64,000 nt of DNA, taken from positions 94,116,001 to 94,180,000 of the forward strand of contig NC_042999.1 of the NCBI RefSeq assembly GCF_006345805.1. The letters run 5' to 3'. The position numbers and the translations under genes were made by a program. The notes under the pieces were generated by a model. It ran no database searches and was not told the origin of the DNA. It saw only the letters and a list, made by a program, of their open reading frames with translations. The DNA is from Octopus sinensis (lineage: Eukaryota). Below are positions 13,040-23,979 of this stretch, in pieces (position 1 is the first letter of the stretch; every line of letters begins with the position of its first letter).

Positions 13040-13350
13040 CTAACGTTACGTTTAAAGCGACTCGTACGAAAAGATTTTAAACGTATGCAGATATCTGTTG
13101 AAATTGAAACAGAGCGCTCACATGAATCAACCCCTGGTAAATTGTTATATAGCTATTGTTCACAACAGAACGTGCAACCTATAGAAAGGTATGCCTCTCA
13201 GTTGGAGGATTGAAAAGACATGTTAAATTGTTCATACTGTGGCACCTGTTCTTCTGCCACTCAGCACAGCTGTGCATTATGCAACAGAGTGTGCAAATCT
13301 TTCGCCGCGCTAAAGTCACATACAAGGGCCTCACATTGCATCAACAATGA
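13040..13350 (+). mobile_element. Degenerate LINE C-terminus (RTE-like) with two C2H2-like knuckles
   Basis: Across frameshifts: LRLKRLVRKDFKRMQI, KVCLSVGGLKRHV and CALCNRVCKSFAALKSHTRASH, resembling the C-terminal zinc fingers of RTE-group ORFs. Confidence 0.55.
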
Positions 13351-13599
13351 CTCATTTCAGTGATTTTTCCAAGTAATGGCATTGCTAGTATACGATGAAG
13401 CAGCTAAGATATATGTATACATGCATGTATATATGTATTATGAATACATGTATAGTATGTATATCTGTATATAGAATAAAATTACAAACAGTATCAGATT
13501 AGTATCAGATTAGATAATGACACATATATTTAAGCATGCAGGGAAATATTTACAGCCGTATAGACGCCAAGAGGTCCATGAAAGGTTAGCTGAAGAATG

Positions 13600-14000
13600 T
13601 CCATAGTGCTTATGGTATACGCTAGTATTCTCCAGGAATAATTATACAGTAATTCCGAATAATTGGTATTAGATAAAGTTGGGTATCGTAGGTAAACACC
13701 TAAGCTGGATGAGAAGAAAGGTAACAGGAAGAAAGAAGGCGTGCAGATAGTCTCTTAGTGTTGTGTCAAGAATAGATGTGGAGATGGTGCATTTCTCAGC
13801 AGATGCTCGACAACCAGCATAGTGGAGATCTATGTCAATACCGGAGAAAGAATGGATAGTGCATTAACAGGAAGTAAGAATACAACAGTAGTAGGAGGTA
13901 TTATGAGGTTAGGTTGAAGGAAGAGAAGCAGAGGAGATTAGGTCATAATCTGAGAATGGTACATCGAAGCTAGCAATGTGAGGGATAGATATATAAAGTT
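13600..14000 (-). repeat. Unclassified interspersed repeat, copy 1 (inverted relative to 14310-14700)
   Basis: Its reverse complement aligns to 14310-14700, for example catctgctgagaaatgcaccatctccacatctatt versus catctgttgagaaatgcaccatctccgcatctatt. Confidence 0.75.
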
Positions 14001-14309
14001 CAAGATTTAGAAGATACTAGCAGTAATACCCGTCGTTGATAGGGTAATACTTTCAATTTTTCTCGGGAGTGGCATTCTAGTGTTATTATATATATACATT
14101 TTCTCCTCCTGTATGTGTATATCAGGTGCATTTTATCTAGTAACGCCCCCAAGCTCAAACTCTAGGTGTCCTCTTCAGATAATGCCACATAACCCGGAGA
14201 TCACTCAAAATGTTGTTTGTAATTTACTTGACCCATATACCGTTGCTTTTCTAATCATAGTTTTCATCACGCCATCCAACTTAGCAACTTATTTCTTTAT
14301 ACATATTGG

Positions 14310-14700
14310 CACTAACCACTTCTTTGTATATGTATTGCTAACTCGTGAAATGTATAGACTTATTCCTCGTCTGATTATGACCAAATATTTTCTGCTTCTG
14401 TTCTTACCTCCTACTACTAGTATATCATTACTTACTAATAAGGCTCTACCCAACTCTTTTTTCGATGATGAAATAGACCGCCACTGGCCATCATCTGTTG
14501 AGAAATGCACCATCTCCGCATCTATTTTTAATACGATTGTAAGAGACAATCTGTACACCTTCTTTCCTGCCTACTTTCTTATCGTCCAGGCTAGAATTCA
14601 ACTTACGATGACCAACATTACGTATTATTTATAATTCGGACTTACCGTATAACTGTTCATGGGGAATACTTAATATCGCATAACAATTATGAATATTCCT
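14310..14700 (+). repeat. Unclassified interspersed repeat, copy 2
   Basis: Shares gattatgacc, cctcctactact, gagaaatgcaccatctcc and ataattcgga-like blocks with copy 1. Confidence 0.75.
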
Positions 14701-16313
14701 TAACTAGCTTTTATAGAACTCTTGCGGTCCACCCTCCTTTAAAAATTCTATTCACATGCAGAAATATATATGACATAATCTGAGATGACGTAAGTTTACC
14801 TGCTCTTAATTTTGTTCTATTAAACATGCTACTGATCAAACTAAATAATGCCAAATAGTCGATCTGCAGTAGACAGCTATAGCAACCCTGTTTCGTTTCT
14901 TTTATTTGCAGTTCAAGTTGGAGTTTAGGCAAGAAGTCAGCCTATAGTTATAATGTATGTAACTTTGATAATAGTAGAATAAATTCGCAAATTTGTCATC
15001 AACTTGTGATTATAGGGAAGAATATTTCTGAATACTGTTTTGCTGGAATGTTTAGAACTGTCTATATTTCGACTGGAGATGACGTCAGTATTTCAATGGC
15101 ATTATCCACTCGTAAATTTTCACATAATAACTACTTGCACTTAATGAACTATATGTTCACTCTTATAAATTTGAAGTTAAATCAAATTATCCAATAATAG
15201 ACATGTGTTATGCTAATGCTCGCAACAATGTGATGGTCTACGAGATATGACTTCAATTACGCCAGGGGGAACTCCAACAATCTAGAGAATACACGAAATG
15301 TTTTCTGTATGACTGCTTATTTGTTGGGTTTTATTATCTAAATACTTAAGTCATATGTTCATCCTTCACTGTTTATTATCTTGTGACTATTATATGAAAT
15401 TATGTTCCCATGAAGTGACAGATTACGTCTCTTCGTGATAGGTTTACGTGAAATTGCAATCAACAGAAATGGCAAGCATCAAACGATTACTCTCGCTATG
15501 TAATTATTTCCAAGTGTATATGCTTAAGGAACAAAATCCTACTTTACAGCTCTTTGTTATATCCCATCATCAAACACCACAGGATAAATTTCCATAAATC
15601 TAATTCCAGTATTTTATCATGGAAAGTACGTGATGATATTATCTATTATCGAAAGATAATAGATAATATCAGGACTTGGTTCTCTAAATATATGCTTCAG
15701 AGTTTTCATTCTACACTTCTTATCTGAGGAGGTCTCATCTGCGTAAATGTTTTGCATTAAAATGAAATTTGTTTGAATTTCAAGTGTATGTCTGAAATAT
15801 CTTGATCGGAAAAAAGATACGCCTTCATTATGCAAATTGTGACTATCAATTAGAAAAATTTAGACGGCTTGCATGAGCACAACTATAAAGAAGAAATTAA
15901 CGATTTCGAGAGGTGTGTGAAAGAGAGAGAGAGCGAGAAGGAGGAAAGAAAAGAGTGAGTGAGGAGAGATTTCAGAACATATAGAAATAAATCAAAATGT
16001 AAGAGAAAGGATGTATGAAAGAATATATTTTCTTTCACACGTATGTAAATATTAATAGTTCCATATATATTTTGTATAGAAAATAATTCATGACATGTTT
16101 TACGTTTATTGCCGGCCAGAGCTAATTGGGCAGTCTATGGCACCTTTCCCCTTGATGGAACGACTAAATTTACTCTAATACACACGTGCCAATCATGCCG
16201 AACACAGTATGGTGGTATGTATTTTGTTGCAGTTCAGACGTTTTAGACATTTTTTAATAATAAGTACGGATGTAGTCAGGTGGATGTAGTCAGATTGATA
16301 TATTAAGGATGGA

Positions 16314-16532
16314 AGGCGCGAGCTGGCGGAAACGTTAGCACGCTGGGCGAAATGCTTAGCAGTATTTCGTCTACCGTCAGGTTCTGAGTTCAAATTCCGA
16401 CGAGGTCGAGTTTGCCTTTCATCCTTTCGGGATCGATAACTTAAGTACCAGTTACGCACTGGGGTATATATAATCGACTGGTCCCCTCCACCAAAATTTC
16501 GGGCCTTGTACCTAGAGTAGAAAAGGATACAG
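16314..16532 (+). mobile_element. tRNA-derived SINE (family B), monomeric form, with candidate 10-bp TSD
   Basis: Same head and core as 10307; taaggatgga at 16304-16313 and 16533-16542. Confidence 0.9.
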
Positions 16533-16720
16533 TAAGGATGGATGTAGTTAGATTATCACTGAACTTATTTCTCAGCAATTATACCCACATATGTACCTGG
16601 GTATGTTTGTGTAAATGCGTGCACGCGCGTGTCTGTGTACGTATAATTGCGTATCCCTATATGTATGTATACACGTATGAATGTATGTGTATGTATACAT
16701 ACATACATACATACATATGT

Positions 16721-16767
<47 letters not shown>

Positions 16768-17163
16768 GAGAGAAAGTGAGAGAGAGAGAGATAGTGTTGC
16801 AAATAAACTTATGCTTGGGCTTGATATATAAAATATACATACATGTATTTTCACATATAAATATATATAGGGATATATAATGAAAGAAAGAAAAACTGAA
16901 ACTGTTCAGAAGATGAAAATTCGCGTATTAGAATATAGATATTTAGATATATTTACGGAACAAATTTACAACTGAAAACGAAGGGGAATGTGTATGGTAT
17001 TTCAGATCCGACAGCTGAATAGTTGTAACCCTGGCAGATGGAGTGTGCAAGAAGTGAAGGATGCGTAACCTGCAATACATGCATATAAACATTACCGAAA
17101 GCCGGCCTCTGCTTCCACAGTGCAAAGACTGGCAACTAGATGAGAGAGCCCTTGTTGACTCTC

Positions 17164-17419
17164 TGTATGTATGTATGTATGTATGTATGTATGTATGTAT
17201 GTATGTATGTATGTATGTATGTATGTATGTATGTATGTATGTATGTATGTATGTATGTATGTATGTATGTATGTATGTATGTATGTATGTATGTATGTAT
17301 GTATGTATGTATGTATGTATGTATGTATGTATGTATGTATGTATGTATGTATGTATGTATGTATGTATGTATGTATGTATGTATGTATGTATGTATGTAT
17401 GTATGTATGTATGTATGTA
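17164..17419. repeat. Long pure (ATGT)n microsatellite (about 255 bp)
   Basis: Read directly; source of the MYVC/HTYI ORFs. Confidence 0.98.
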
Positions 17420-17767
17420 CGTACGTATGTTTGTATTTATGTATATGGATATGAACATATATATCAGTACGATATAGTAAAATAATACTGAACTTAGATT
17501 CTCTTTATCATACCCCTTGGTTTGTCTCAATCTCGGTAGGAAAAAATAATCCTTTCCAGAGTTGTAGCAGTGTTGATATTTTCCTGCTTCTGCGTGAGGC
17601 AATTCTTGCGTTTCTACAGAATCGACCACGCTACTCGCATGATAACATTTTAGTATTCTAACATAAGCTCTAAAGGAAAGAAGATAGAGCCGCGTGTATC
17701 AAAACAACACATGTGGAATTTAAAGTCTACGCACACTCAATCCCACATATATATATGTATATATATA

Positions 17768-17815
<48 letters not shown>

Positions 17816-17944
17816 TTACTTTGATACTTTGATAGGTTTCGGCCATTATTGGCCCAGGCCATGTCTAACTTAATAGCACCACCTGGTGAAGTCTTTCAAG
17901 TCAGAATTTGGGCACTATGGCCCACTCAAGTAGAGAGTTATTGT

Positions 17945-20203
17945 TCACAGAGACATATCCGGTGTAGGGGGTTTATCCGGGATTTCTTGAAGGAATCTGT
18001 CCAAAGACTTCTTGAACCCTATAGGGTCAGTTTCTGTTTTAATGTGTTTTGGTGTAATGTTAAAGAGAGCGGGGCCAATTGAGGTGAAATAATTGTGCCG
18101 TATTGTTGTTATGAGATGAGAGTGCGATTTTTGTTTTGGGCGGATGGCACGGGGCCCAAGCCTTGGATGTACCTTAAAGGTGATGCCAACATCATTTGGG
18201 CAATGCTGATGGAATATTTTCCACATCATGCAGATGATGTAGCGCTCACGACGACGTTGGAGAGAATAGAGCTTTAGCTTTTCTAGTCGACCCCAATAGT
18301 CGAGGCTTGTCATGCCATCTATCTTTTTTGTGATTGCCCTTTGAGGTGCTTCAACTCTTATGATACCTTGTATTGTGTGGGGAGACCACAGTGGACAACA
18401 GTATTCAAGGTGGGGTCGGGCAAAAGTGGAGAAGAGAAGGATAATGGTGTGGATATCTCTCGACTGGAAAGTTCTGAGAATCCAGGAACACATTCTGCGG
18501 GCTATGTCAACTTTGGTGTTTATATGAGTGGCCCAGCTTATGTTGTTGTCCACAATTACTCCCAAGTCTCTGATATTGTTGGACGCCGCGAGAGTTTCAC
18601 CTGAAGGAAGGGAGTGTGGGAGTTTCAGGGCATCCTCTTTTCCAAAGTGGATTAACTCAAATTTATCCTCGTTCAGCAGCATATTGTTTTTTTCTGCCCA
18701 TTGGATAACAGCCAGTAGATCTGACTGAAGGCATGTCCGGTCACTCGCCTCATTTATGACCTTCTGTAGCTTGGAGTCATCTGCAAAGATTTTTATGTTG
18801 CTGTGCTTGATGATGTCATTAATGTCATTAATGTATATGATGAAAAGAAGTGGGCCCAGCACAGTGCCTTGCGGAACGCCACTACTGACTTTGGCTGGGC
18901 TTGATTTTACCCCTTCAACTACAACATGTTGAGATCTGTCTGTCAGGAAACACTTGATCCATTTCAGTAACTTCCCAGAGACACCAATGTTGGATAGGTT
19001 TTTCAATAGGATCTTGTAATCGACCCTGTCGAAGGCCTTACTGAAATCAAGGTAGATGACATCGGTGTTGGAGCCCTCTCCCAAAGCTCTCAAAATGTCC
19101 TCAAAGTGATGCAGGAGCTGCGTTAGGCAGTCCCTTCCATTACGGAACCCATGTCGGTTAGAGATCAGCCGTCTGTTGCTTTCCAGAAATTGGGTTATTC
19201 GAGATCTCACCACCCCCTCAAATACCTTGATGATATGAGAGGTGAGTGAGATCGGACGGTAGTTCACTGCAAGGGACTTGTTTCCCTTTTTGAAAACTGG
19301 GACAACAGACTGGGACAGAAGGTTTTTTGGAATATAGCCAGCATCCAGTGAGTTTCTCCACAGATTAGCAAGGGGAGATGCAAGTTGGTGTCGACACACC
19401 TTCACGACACAAGCAGGGAACCTATCGGGGCCTACTGCTGAATTGTGTTTTATTTCGTTTATCGCCGCTAAGACATCAGGGGCACTAAACGTTATGTCCG
19501 ATATAGTGTGTTGGGGGTTGACATCACTGATACAACCCAGATCGGCCATATCAGGATTGCTGAAAACAGAGCAGTATTGTTTCTGCAGTATCTCGGCCAT
19601 GGATTTGGCGTTATCTTGGAGAGTGCCAGTTTCATCAATTAGAGGGCCAACAATGGAGACAGTGACCCTGCGTTTCCTCGCAAATGAAAAGAACACTTTG
19701 GGGTTGAGTTTGATTTTTTCAATGGCCCACTTCTCCTCAGCTGATCTTTGGTTATTGATGAGGGTCTTCATGCATTGTTGGAGGTTATATTTTTGGGATT
19801 CAAGCAATGCGATAGCCGTCGAATGTGTGTGTTGCTGTTGGCAGTACTTTAGTTTGTTAATTTTTTTGTTTGTTCTTTTTATTTTTCTGATAATGGTTTT
19901 TCTGTTTTGGGGGATTCTGCACTTTTTTTTCACAGGTCTTGGTGGGGAGTGTTTTGCACATATGTCTGTGACGGTGTCTACAAAGATCTGCCAAGATGTT
20001 TTATGGTTGGTGGAGATGTGTGTATGTGTAAAGGACCAGTCAACATGTGATAGCTCGTTCCTGATTGCATCCCAGTTGGCATTATGGAGATCCATGTTGT
20101 CAAATGGGTGGGCTGGAGGGAGGTCACTAGGATTAGCTTTCGGCTGGTGGAATTTCATGTTACAGAGAACCATGTCATGGTCTGAAAGAAGGGTTTTTTC
20201 CAC
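17945..20203 (-). CDS. LINE ORF2 reverse transcriptase portion (752 aa open)
   Basis: Complete set of non-LTR RT motifs including IFADDSKL; separated from the APE portion by a frameshift near 20230. Confidence 0.92.
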   Translation of the reverse strand: MEKTLLSDHDMVLCNMKFHQPKANPSDLPPAHPFDNMDLHNANWDAIRNELSHVDWSFTHTHISTNHKTSWQIFVDTVTDICAKHSPPRPVKKKCRIPQNRKTIIRKIKRTNKKINKLKYCQQQHTHSTAIALLESQKYNLQQCMKTLINNQRSAEEKWAIEKIKLNPKVFFSFARKRRVTVSIVGPLIDETGTLQDNAKSMAEILQKQYCSVFSNPDMADLGCISDVNPQHTISDITFSAPDVLAAINEIKHNSAVGPDRFPACVVKVCRHQLASPLANLWRNSLDAGYIPKNLLSQSVVPVFKKGNKSLAVNYRPISLTSHIIKVFEGVVRSRITQFLESNRRLISNRHGFRNGRDCLTQLLHHFEDILRALGEGSNTDVIYLDFSKAFDRVDYKILLKNLSNIGVSGKLLKWIKCFLTDRSQHVVVEGVKSSPAKVSSGVPQGTVLGPLLFIIYINDINDIIKHSNIKIFADDSKLQKVINEASDRTCLQSDLLAVIQWAEKNNMLLNEDKFELIHFGKEDALKLPHSLPSGETLAASNNIRDLGVIVDNNISWATHINTKVDIARRMCSWILRTFQSRDIHTIILLFSTFARPHLEYCCPLWSPHTIQGIIRVEAPQRAITKKIDGMTSLDYWGRLEKLKLYSLQRRRERYIICMMWKIFHQHCPNDVGITFKVHPRLGPRAIRPKQKSHSHLITTIRHNYFTSIGPALFNITPKHIKTETDPIGFKKSLDRFLQEIPDKPPTPDMSL

Positions 20204-21173
20204 TGTAACGTTATGTATAGTGTTAGTGTGGTTACTAACACTAGGTCCAAAATGTTCTGATGTCTTGTTGGTGCAAGGACAAGTTGGGACAAGAAAAACT
20301 CATTCGTAAAGTCGAAAAGTGACTCTGCTGCTTCTTTGTCAGCGGTTGAGGCGGGAGTGCTTGGTTTCAAACAGTTTGTAGTCCAGTCAACACAGGGTAG
20401 ATTGAAGTCTCCCATCATGAGTAGGTTGCTAGAATGGCACTGTTGAATAAAGCACTTAATGCTGTTGAGAAACACACCATGCTGCAGTAATGCTGGTCCA
20501 GTCTTTTCAGGAAGACACACAAACAACAACAAAAGTGGAAACTACAACCCTATCCAACAGTGCAACCACACCTCCAGCCAAAAACTGCTCCCTAAGCAGG
20601 AAAATTCTTTTTTAGCCATGTTGAACATGGCAAAAGAGATACACAAAAATATTCTAGCCCAATTACTGTCAGGTCATTGGCTTTGTTGTGCACGGTGACT
20701 GATTCACAGTAGCCGTTGGAGAATATACTATTTCCATCTGCCGTAAACGAATCATGCAGGAAAATGGCAGTTCCACCCTTCCTTCTGCCGATACGATCCG
20801 CGCGGATGGTTGTGAAATTCTTCACTCTCACTTCGGCTTCCAAGTGGGAGTTGTCAAGGTGGGTCTCAGTGAGAATGAAGAAAGGGATGTGGTGTGGATG
20901 GTTACCAACCCAGTCTTCAATGAATTGGACCTTCCATTTTTGTGCATTGATGGAAGGGCTGACACCTTGTGCATTGAGTAGAAATGTGGAGGTTAGTGTA
21001 GTGGCTGGTTTTGACTGTTGCAGGGGGCTTGGATTTTTTGTGTGTGCTAGTGGCAGCAATGTTGGGAATTGGTGCACTGGGGTAATAGCATAGGATGGTG
21101 TTGAGTGATGGCTAGAATATTTTTGTGTATCTCTTTTGCCATGTTCAACATGGCTAAAAAAGAATTTTCCTGC
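20204..21173 (-). pseudogene. LINE ORF2 apurinic endonuclease (APE) portion, interrupted by an inverted insertion at 20468-20659
   Basis: TFLLNAQG...FFILTETHL...RADR...GGTAIF...HNKANDLTVIG | LNSIKCF...MGDFNLP...NILDLVL; the frame opens after the TAA at 21174-21176. Confidence 0.9.
20468..20659 (+). repeat. Inverted copy of 21110-21304 inserted in the APE domain
   Basis: Apparently identical apart from one AAC unit (the ORF track shows the same peptide NTPCCSNAGPVFSGRHT...KEIHKNILA on both strands). Confidence 0.95.
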
Positions 21174-22255
21174 TTAGGGAGCAGTTTTTGGCTGGAGGTG
21201 TGGTTGCACTGTTGGATAGGGTTGTAGTTTCCACTTTTGTTGTTGTTGTTTGTGTGTCTTCCTGAAAAGACTGGACCAGCATTACTGCAGCATGGTGTGT
21301 TTCTATTTTTATTTTTATTCAGGTTTGTGTGTTGGCTTGAAGCCCCGTTTCTGTTTGTGCGTCGGGTCCCTGGAAGATGAGTGAAGGGACAGTTACTCAG
21401 CAGACATGTTCTCTCACGTTGGGAATACCGGCAGATTTTGGGACTCCGAGTTGTGTGTGTTTTGAATTTCGATTTACTATTTGGTGGTGTTGATGTTATT
21501 GTGGGATGCGTGCTTTGGCCTTGGCCGGTAGTGCGTCTAGTGCCGGGTAGATGCGTGAAGATGCAGTCACTATTTGTGCAGAGTCTCTGGCGCAGTGAAT
21601 AGCGGCATATTCTGGGGTTTCTTGTTTGTGCCGTGGGGGGCGCATTCTGCTTCCTATGTTTCTTTAAGTTTTTGTTACTGCAGTGGTATTGAGGTGGTGA
21701 TGTGGGGGAAGAGAGCAGTGGTTTCCTTTTTGGTTTTTTGGTGATAGAAGACGATGGTGGCAGCGGTGGTGATGATGATGATGATATTTGCGGTGGTTGC
21801 CGTGAGAGCGGTGAAAATATACTGGCATTTAGTGAATCGTCTAGTATGCTAGAGTTGAGGAGTGGCTGTTGTAGTTCTTGTTGCTGTTGTTGTTGTTGTG
21901 CTTGACCGATGTTCGGGTCAGCCATTGTGCTGGGAACCAGGAGTGGCTCATTCTGTTGTTGTTGTTGTTGTGGCTGCTGATTTTGTAGCTGTTGCTGTTC
22001 TTGAACTGTGAAAATATGAAGAAGCTTTTCATAATGACCCTTTGTCAGTTTGAAAGATACTTCGATATGTTTCAGTTTACTACGAATCTGTTTGACGGAT
22101 CGTGTGTTGATCACTTGTGATGTTTTTTCGGCAATATCATTCAAACACAAAACATTTAAATTATCTGTTTGGGAGAGAGAGAGCCAAGTGTTTATTAAAA
22201 CATCAATTTCATTATCGGACCAATTTCGTCTGTTGCAGGCCTGCAAGTTAGTCAT
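21047..22255 (-). CDS. LINE ORF1 (402 aa from the ATG at 22255): Myb/SANT-like N-terminus, poly-Q/Ser-Pro linker, two CCCH fingers
   Basis: RRNWSDNEIDVLINTW...RSVKQIRSKLKHI; two C-x8-C-x4-C-x3-H repeats each followed by LPGTRR; uninterrupted frame at the canonical ORF1 position. Confidence 0.85.
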   Translation of the reverse strand: MTNLQACNRRNWSDNEIDVLINTWLSLSQTDNLNVLCLNDIAEKTSQVINTRSVKQIRSKLKHIEVSFKLTKGHYEKLLHIFTVQEQQQLQNQQPQQQQQQNEPLLVPSTMADPNIGQAQQQQQQQELQQPLLNSSILDDSLNASIFSPLSRQPPQISSSSSPPLPPSSSITKKPKRKPLLSSPTSPPQYHCSNKNLKKHRKQNAPPTAQTRNPRICRYSLRQRLCTNSDCIFTHLPGTRRTTGQGQSTHPTITSTPPNSKSKFKTHTTRSPKICRYSQRERTCLLSNCPFTHLPGTRRTNRNGASSQHTNLNKNKNRNTPCCSNAGPVFSGRHTNNNNKSGNYNPIQQCNHTSSQKLLPKQENSFLAMLNMAKEIHKNILAITQHHPMLLPQCTNSQHCCH

Positions 22256-22566
22256 GTTTGTTTTTCTTTTGATTTTTTTGATATATATATATTCTTTCTT
22301 GGGAGTTAAAGAAGTGTATATATATATAAATGTTCTCTCTTGAGGGTGTGAGTTTTTGATTATTTGGTTGTTTGAAGATATTAAAAGAAAAACAAGTGTA
22401 TATAACAATTTGTAGTTAAATAAAAACGTACTTACGGGTTTGTAGGCAAACACGTGGTTACAAATATATATATATTTAAGGTAAGTCAAGCTCTGAAGCT
22501 GTGTAGCTTGCTACTGACTTTGGGAGAGAGAAACAAAAGACGTCCGTCGAGTTCAACAGAGGCACT

Positions 22567-22622
22567 ATATATATATATATTTATATATATATATATATAT
22601 GTATGTATATATATATGTATGC

Positions 22623-22666
<44 letters not shown>

Positions 22667-22803
22667 ATATGTATGTATATATATATATATATATATACAT
22701 AGGTACATATATATATATATATAAATACATATATGTATACATAAATACATATATATATATACATACATACTTGTGTATATGTATATATATATATATATAT
22801 ATA
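22567..22803. repeat. Interrupted (TA)n array between two head-to-head CR1 pieces
   Basis: Read directly. Confidence 0.95.
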
Positions 22804-23200
22804 TGACGTCGTGAACGCTACATTAATTGTATGATGTGGAAAATATTCCATCAGTAATGTCTAAATGTTGTTGGCATTACCTTCAAAATACACCCAAGTC
22901 TTGGACCCCGTGCCATCCGTCCACCACAAAAATCTAAATCGCATCTCATAACAACAATACGGCACAATTATTTCACCATCTCAATTGGCCCCGCTCTCTT
23001 CAACATTACACCAGGACACGTCAAAACAGAAACTGACTACACAAAATTGAAGAAGCTTTGGACAAATTCCTTCAAGGAGTCCCGGACAAACCAACCACAC
23101 CCTGATATATTTCTGCAAAGAATAACTCGCTTCTCGAATGGGCCTTGGTGCCCGAAATGAAGGACTTCGCCAGGTGGTGCTATTAAGTTAGTCATGGCCT
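22804..23200 (+). mobile_element. CR1-group LINE 3' fragment, related to element 1
   Basis: Aligns to the reverse complement of about 17850-18250 (tgatgtggaaaatattccatcag, ggccccgctctc, caggtggtgctattaagttag.catggcct). Confidence 0.88.
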
Positions 23201-23835
23201 ACATACATAGAGTATGTATTTCTGTCGAGTAATCGGCAGAAGTAATGTTGTGTCGTATTAGAAATAATCAACAATATTCTAAAATTGTAAATGATTATGA
23301 AAGCTTTCATGACAATCGTGTTGACATATTCTAATTAGTGTTTAATGTTCACGTTAATCATTAATGAAGTTACTCATTGCGATCAAACAATATATTTAAC
23401 ATACTACGATTACATTTGCTTTTAATCGTGTTTACATGAAATAACACGGTGTCATATATGTTTTAATAATATTGGTAGTGAAATGTGAGAGTAACGAACA
23501 AATTAACTCTTACGCGATTCGGTTTCGTATTTTCTGAGTTCAAACCATACTGAGATCAACGTTGCTTTTCATCCTTGCATAGCAGAAGAAAAAGCAGAGC
23601 AGTATCAATGAATCATGCAGAGGCGAATCATTAGATCACTTGGTTGAGATGTTACATTCTTTTCTCTGGTATCCGCGTTTTAAGTTAAAAACATGTGGCT
23701 TAATTGGATCGAAGACTTGAACCGTCGATGAATACATACCACTAGGAGCATTCTGTTCCAAGCATATGAAGCATGTCTTAGAATGACTTTCTTACTTGCT
23801 TCTCCTATTTGCTAAAATTTCGTAAATTGTCAGGT

Positions 23836-23877
<42 letters not shown>

Positions 23878-23979
23878 TCTCTCATCCAGATTCAGCCCTA
23901 AGACTTACGTATAAAATGTATGTAAACATGTGCATGTATGAATGTGAGAGCATGCTTTTTCATATATTCTTTATTTGCT

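Larger units (their letters stand above)
17815..22566 (-). mobile_element. Near full-length CR1-group LINE (element 1): 5' UTR, ORF1, APE-RT ORF2, 3' UTR; inactivated
   Basis: 5' end agtgcc...ggacgtctttt at 22566; ORF1 22255-21047; APE motifs LLNAQG, LTETHL, GDFNLP, LDLV, SDH; RT motifs YRPISLTS, YLDFSKAFDRV, GVPQGTVLGPLLF, FADD; 3' end tggccgaaacc with a (TATCAAAG)2 tail; (TA)n on both flanks. Confidence 0.95.

Noticed and set aside
14080-14634. 184-aa ORF as a host gene
   Set aside because: Starts in low-complexity sequence, lies within an interspersed repeat and has no recognisable domain; kept only as a repeat finding
17835-17860. ggcc-aataat-ggcc-GAAAC at the CR1 3' end read as a hammerhead
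   Set aside because: No CUGANGA core upstream; treated as a LINE 3' recognition hairpin
19443-20309. 288-aa plus-strand ORF
   Set aside because: Antisense shadow of the LINE ORF2 with no recognisable domain; the same applies to other antisense ORFs over LINEs (20716, 22050, 28346, 52077, 55749)
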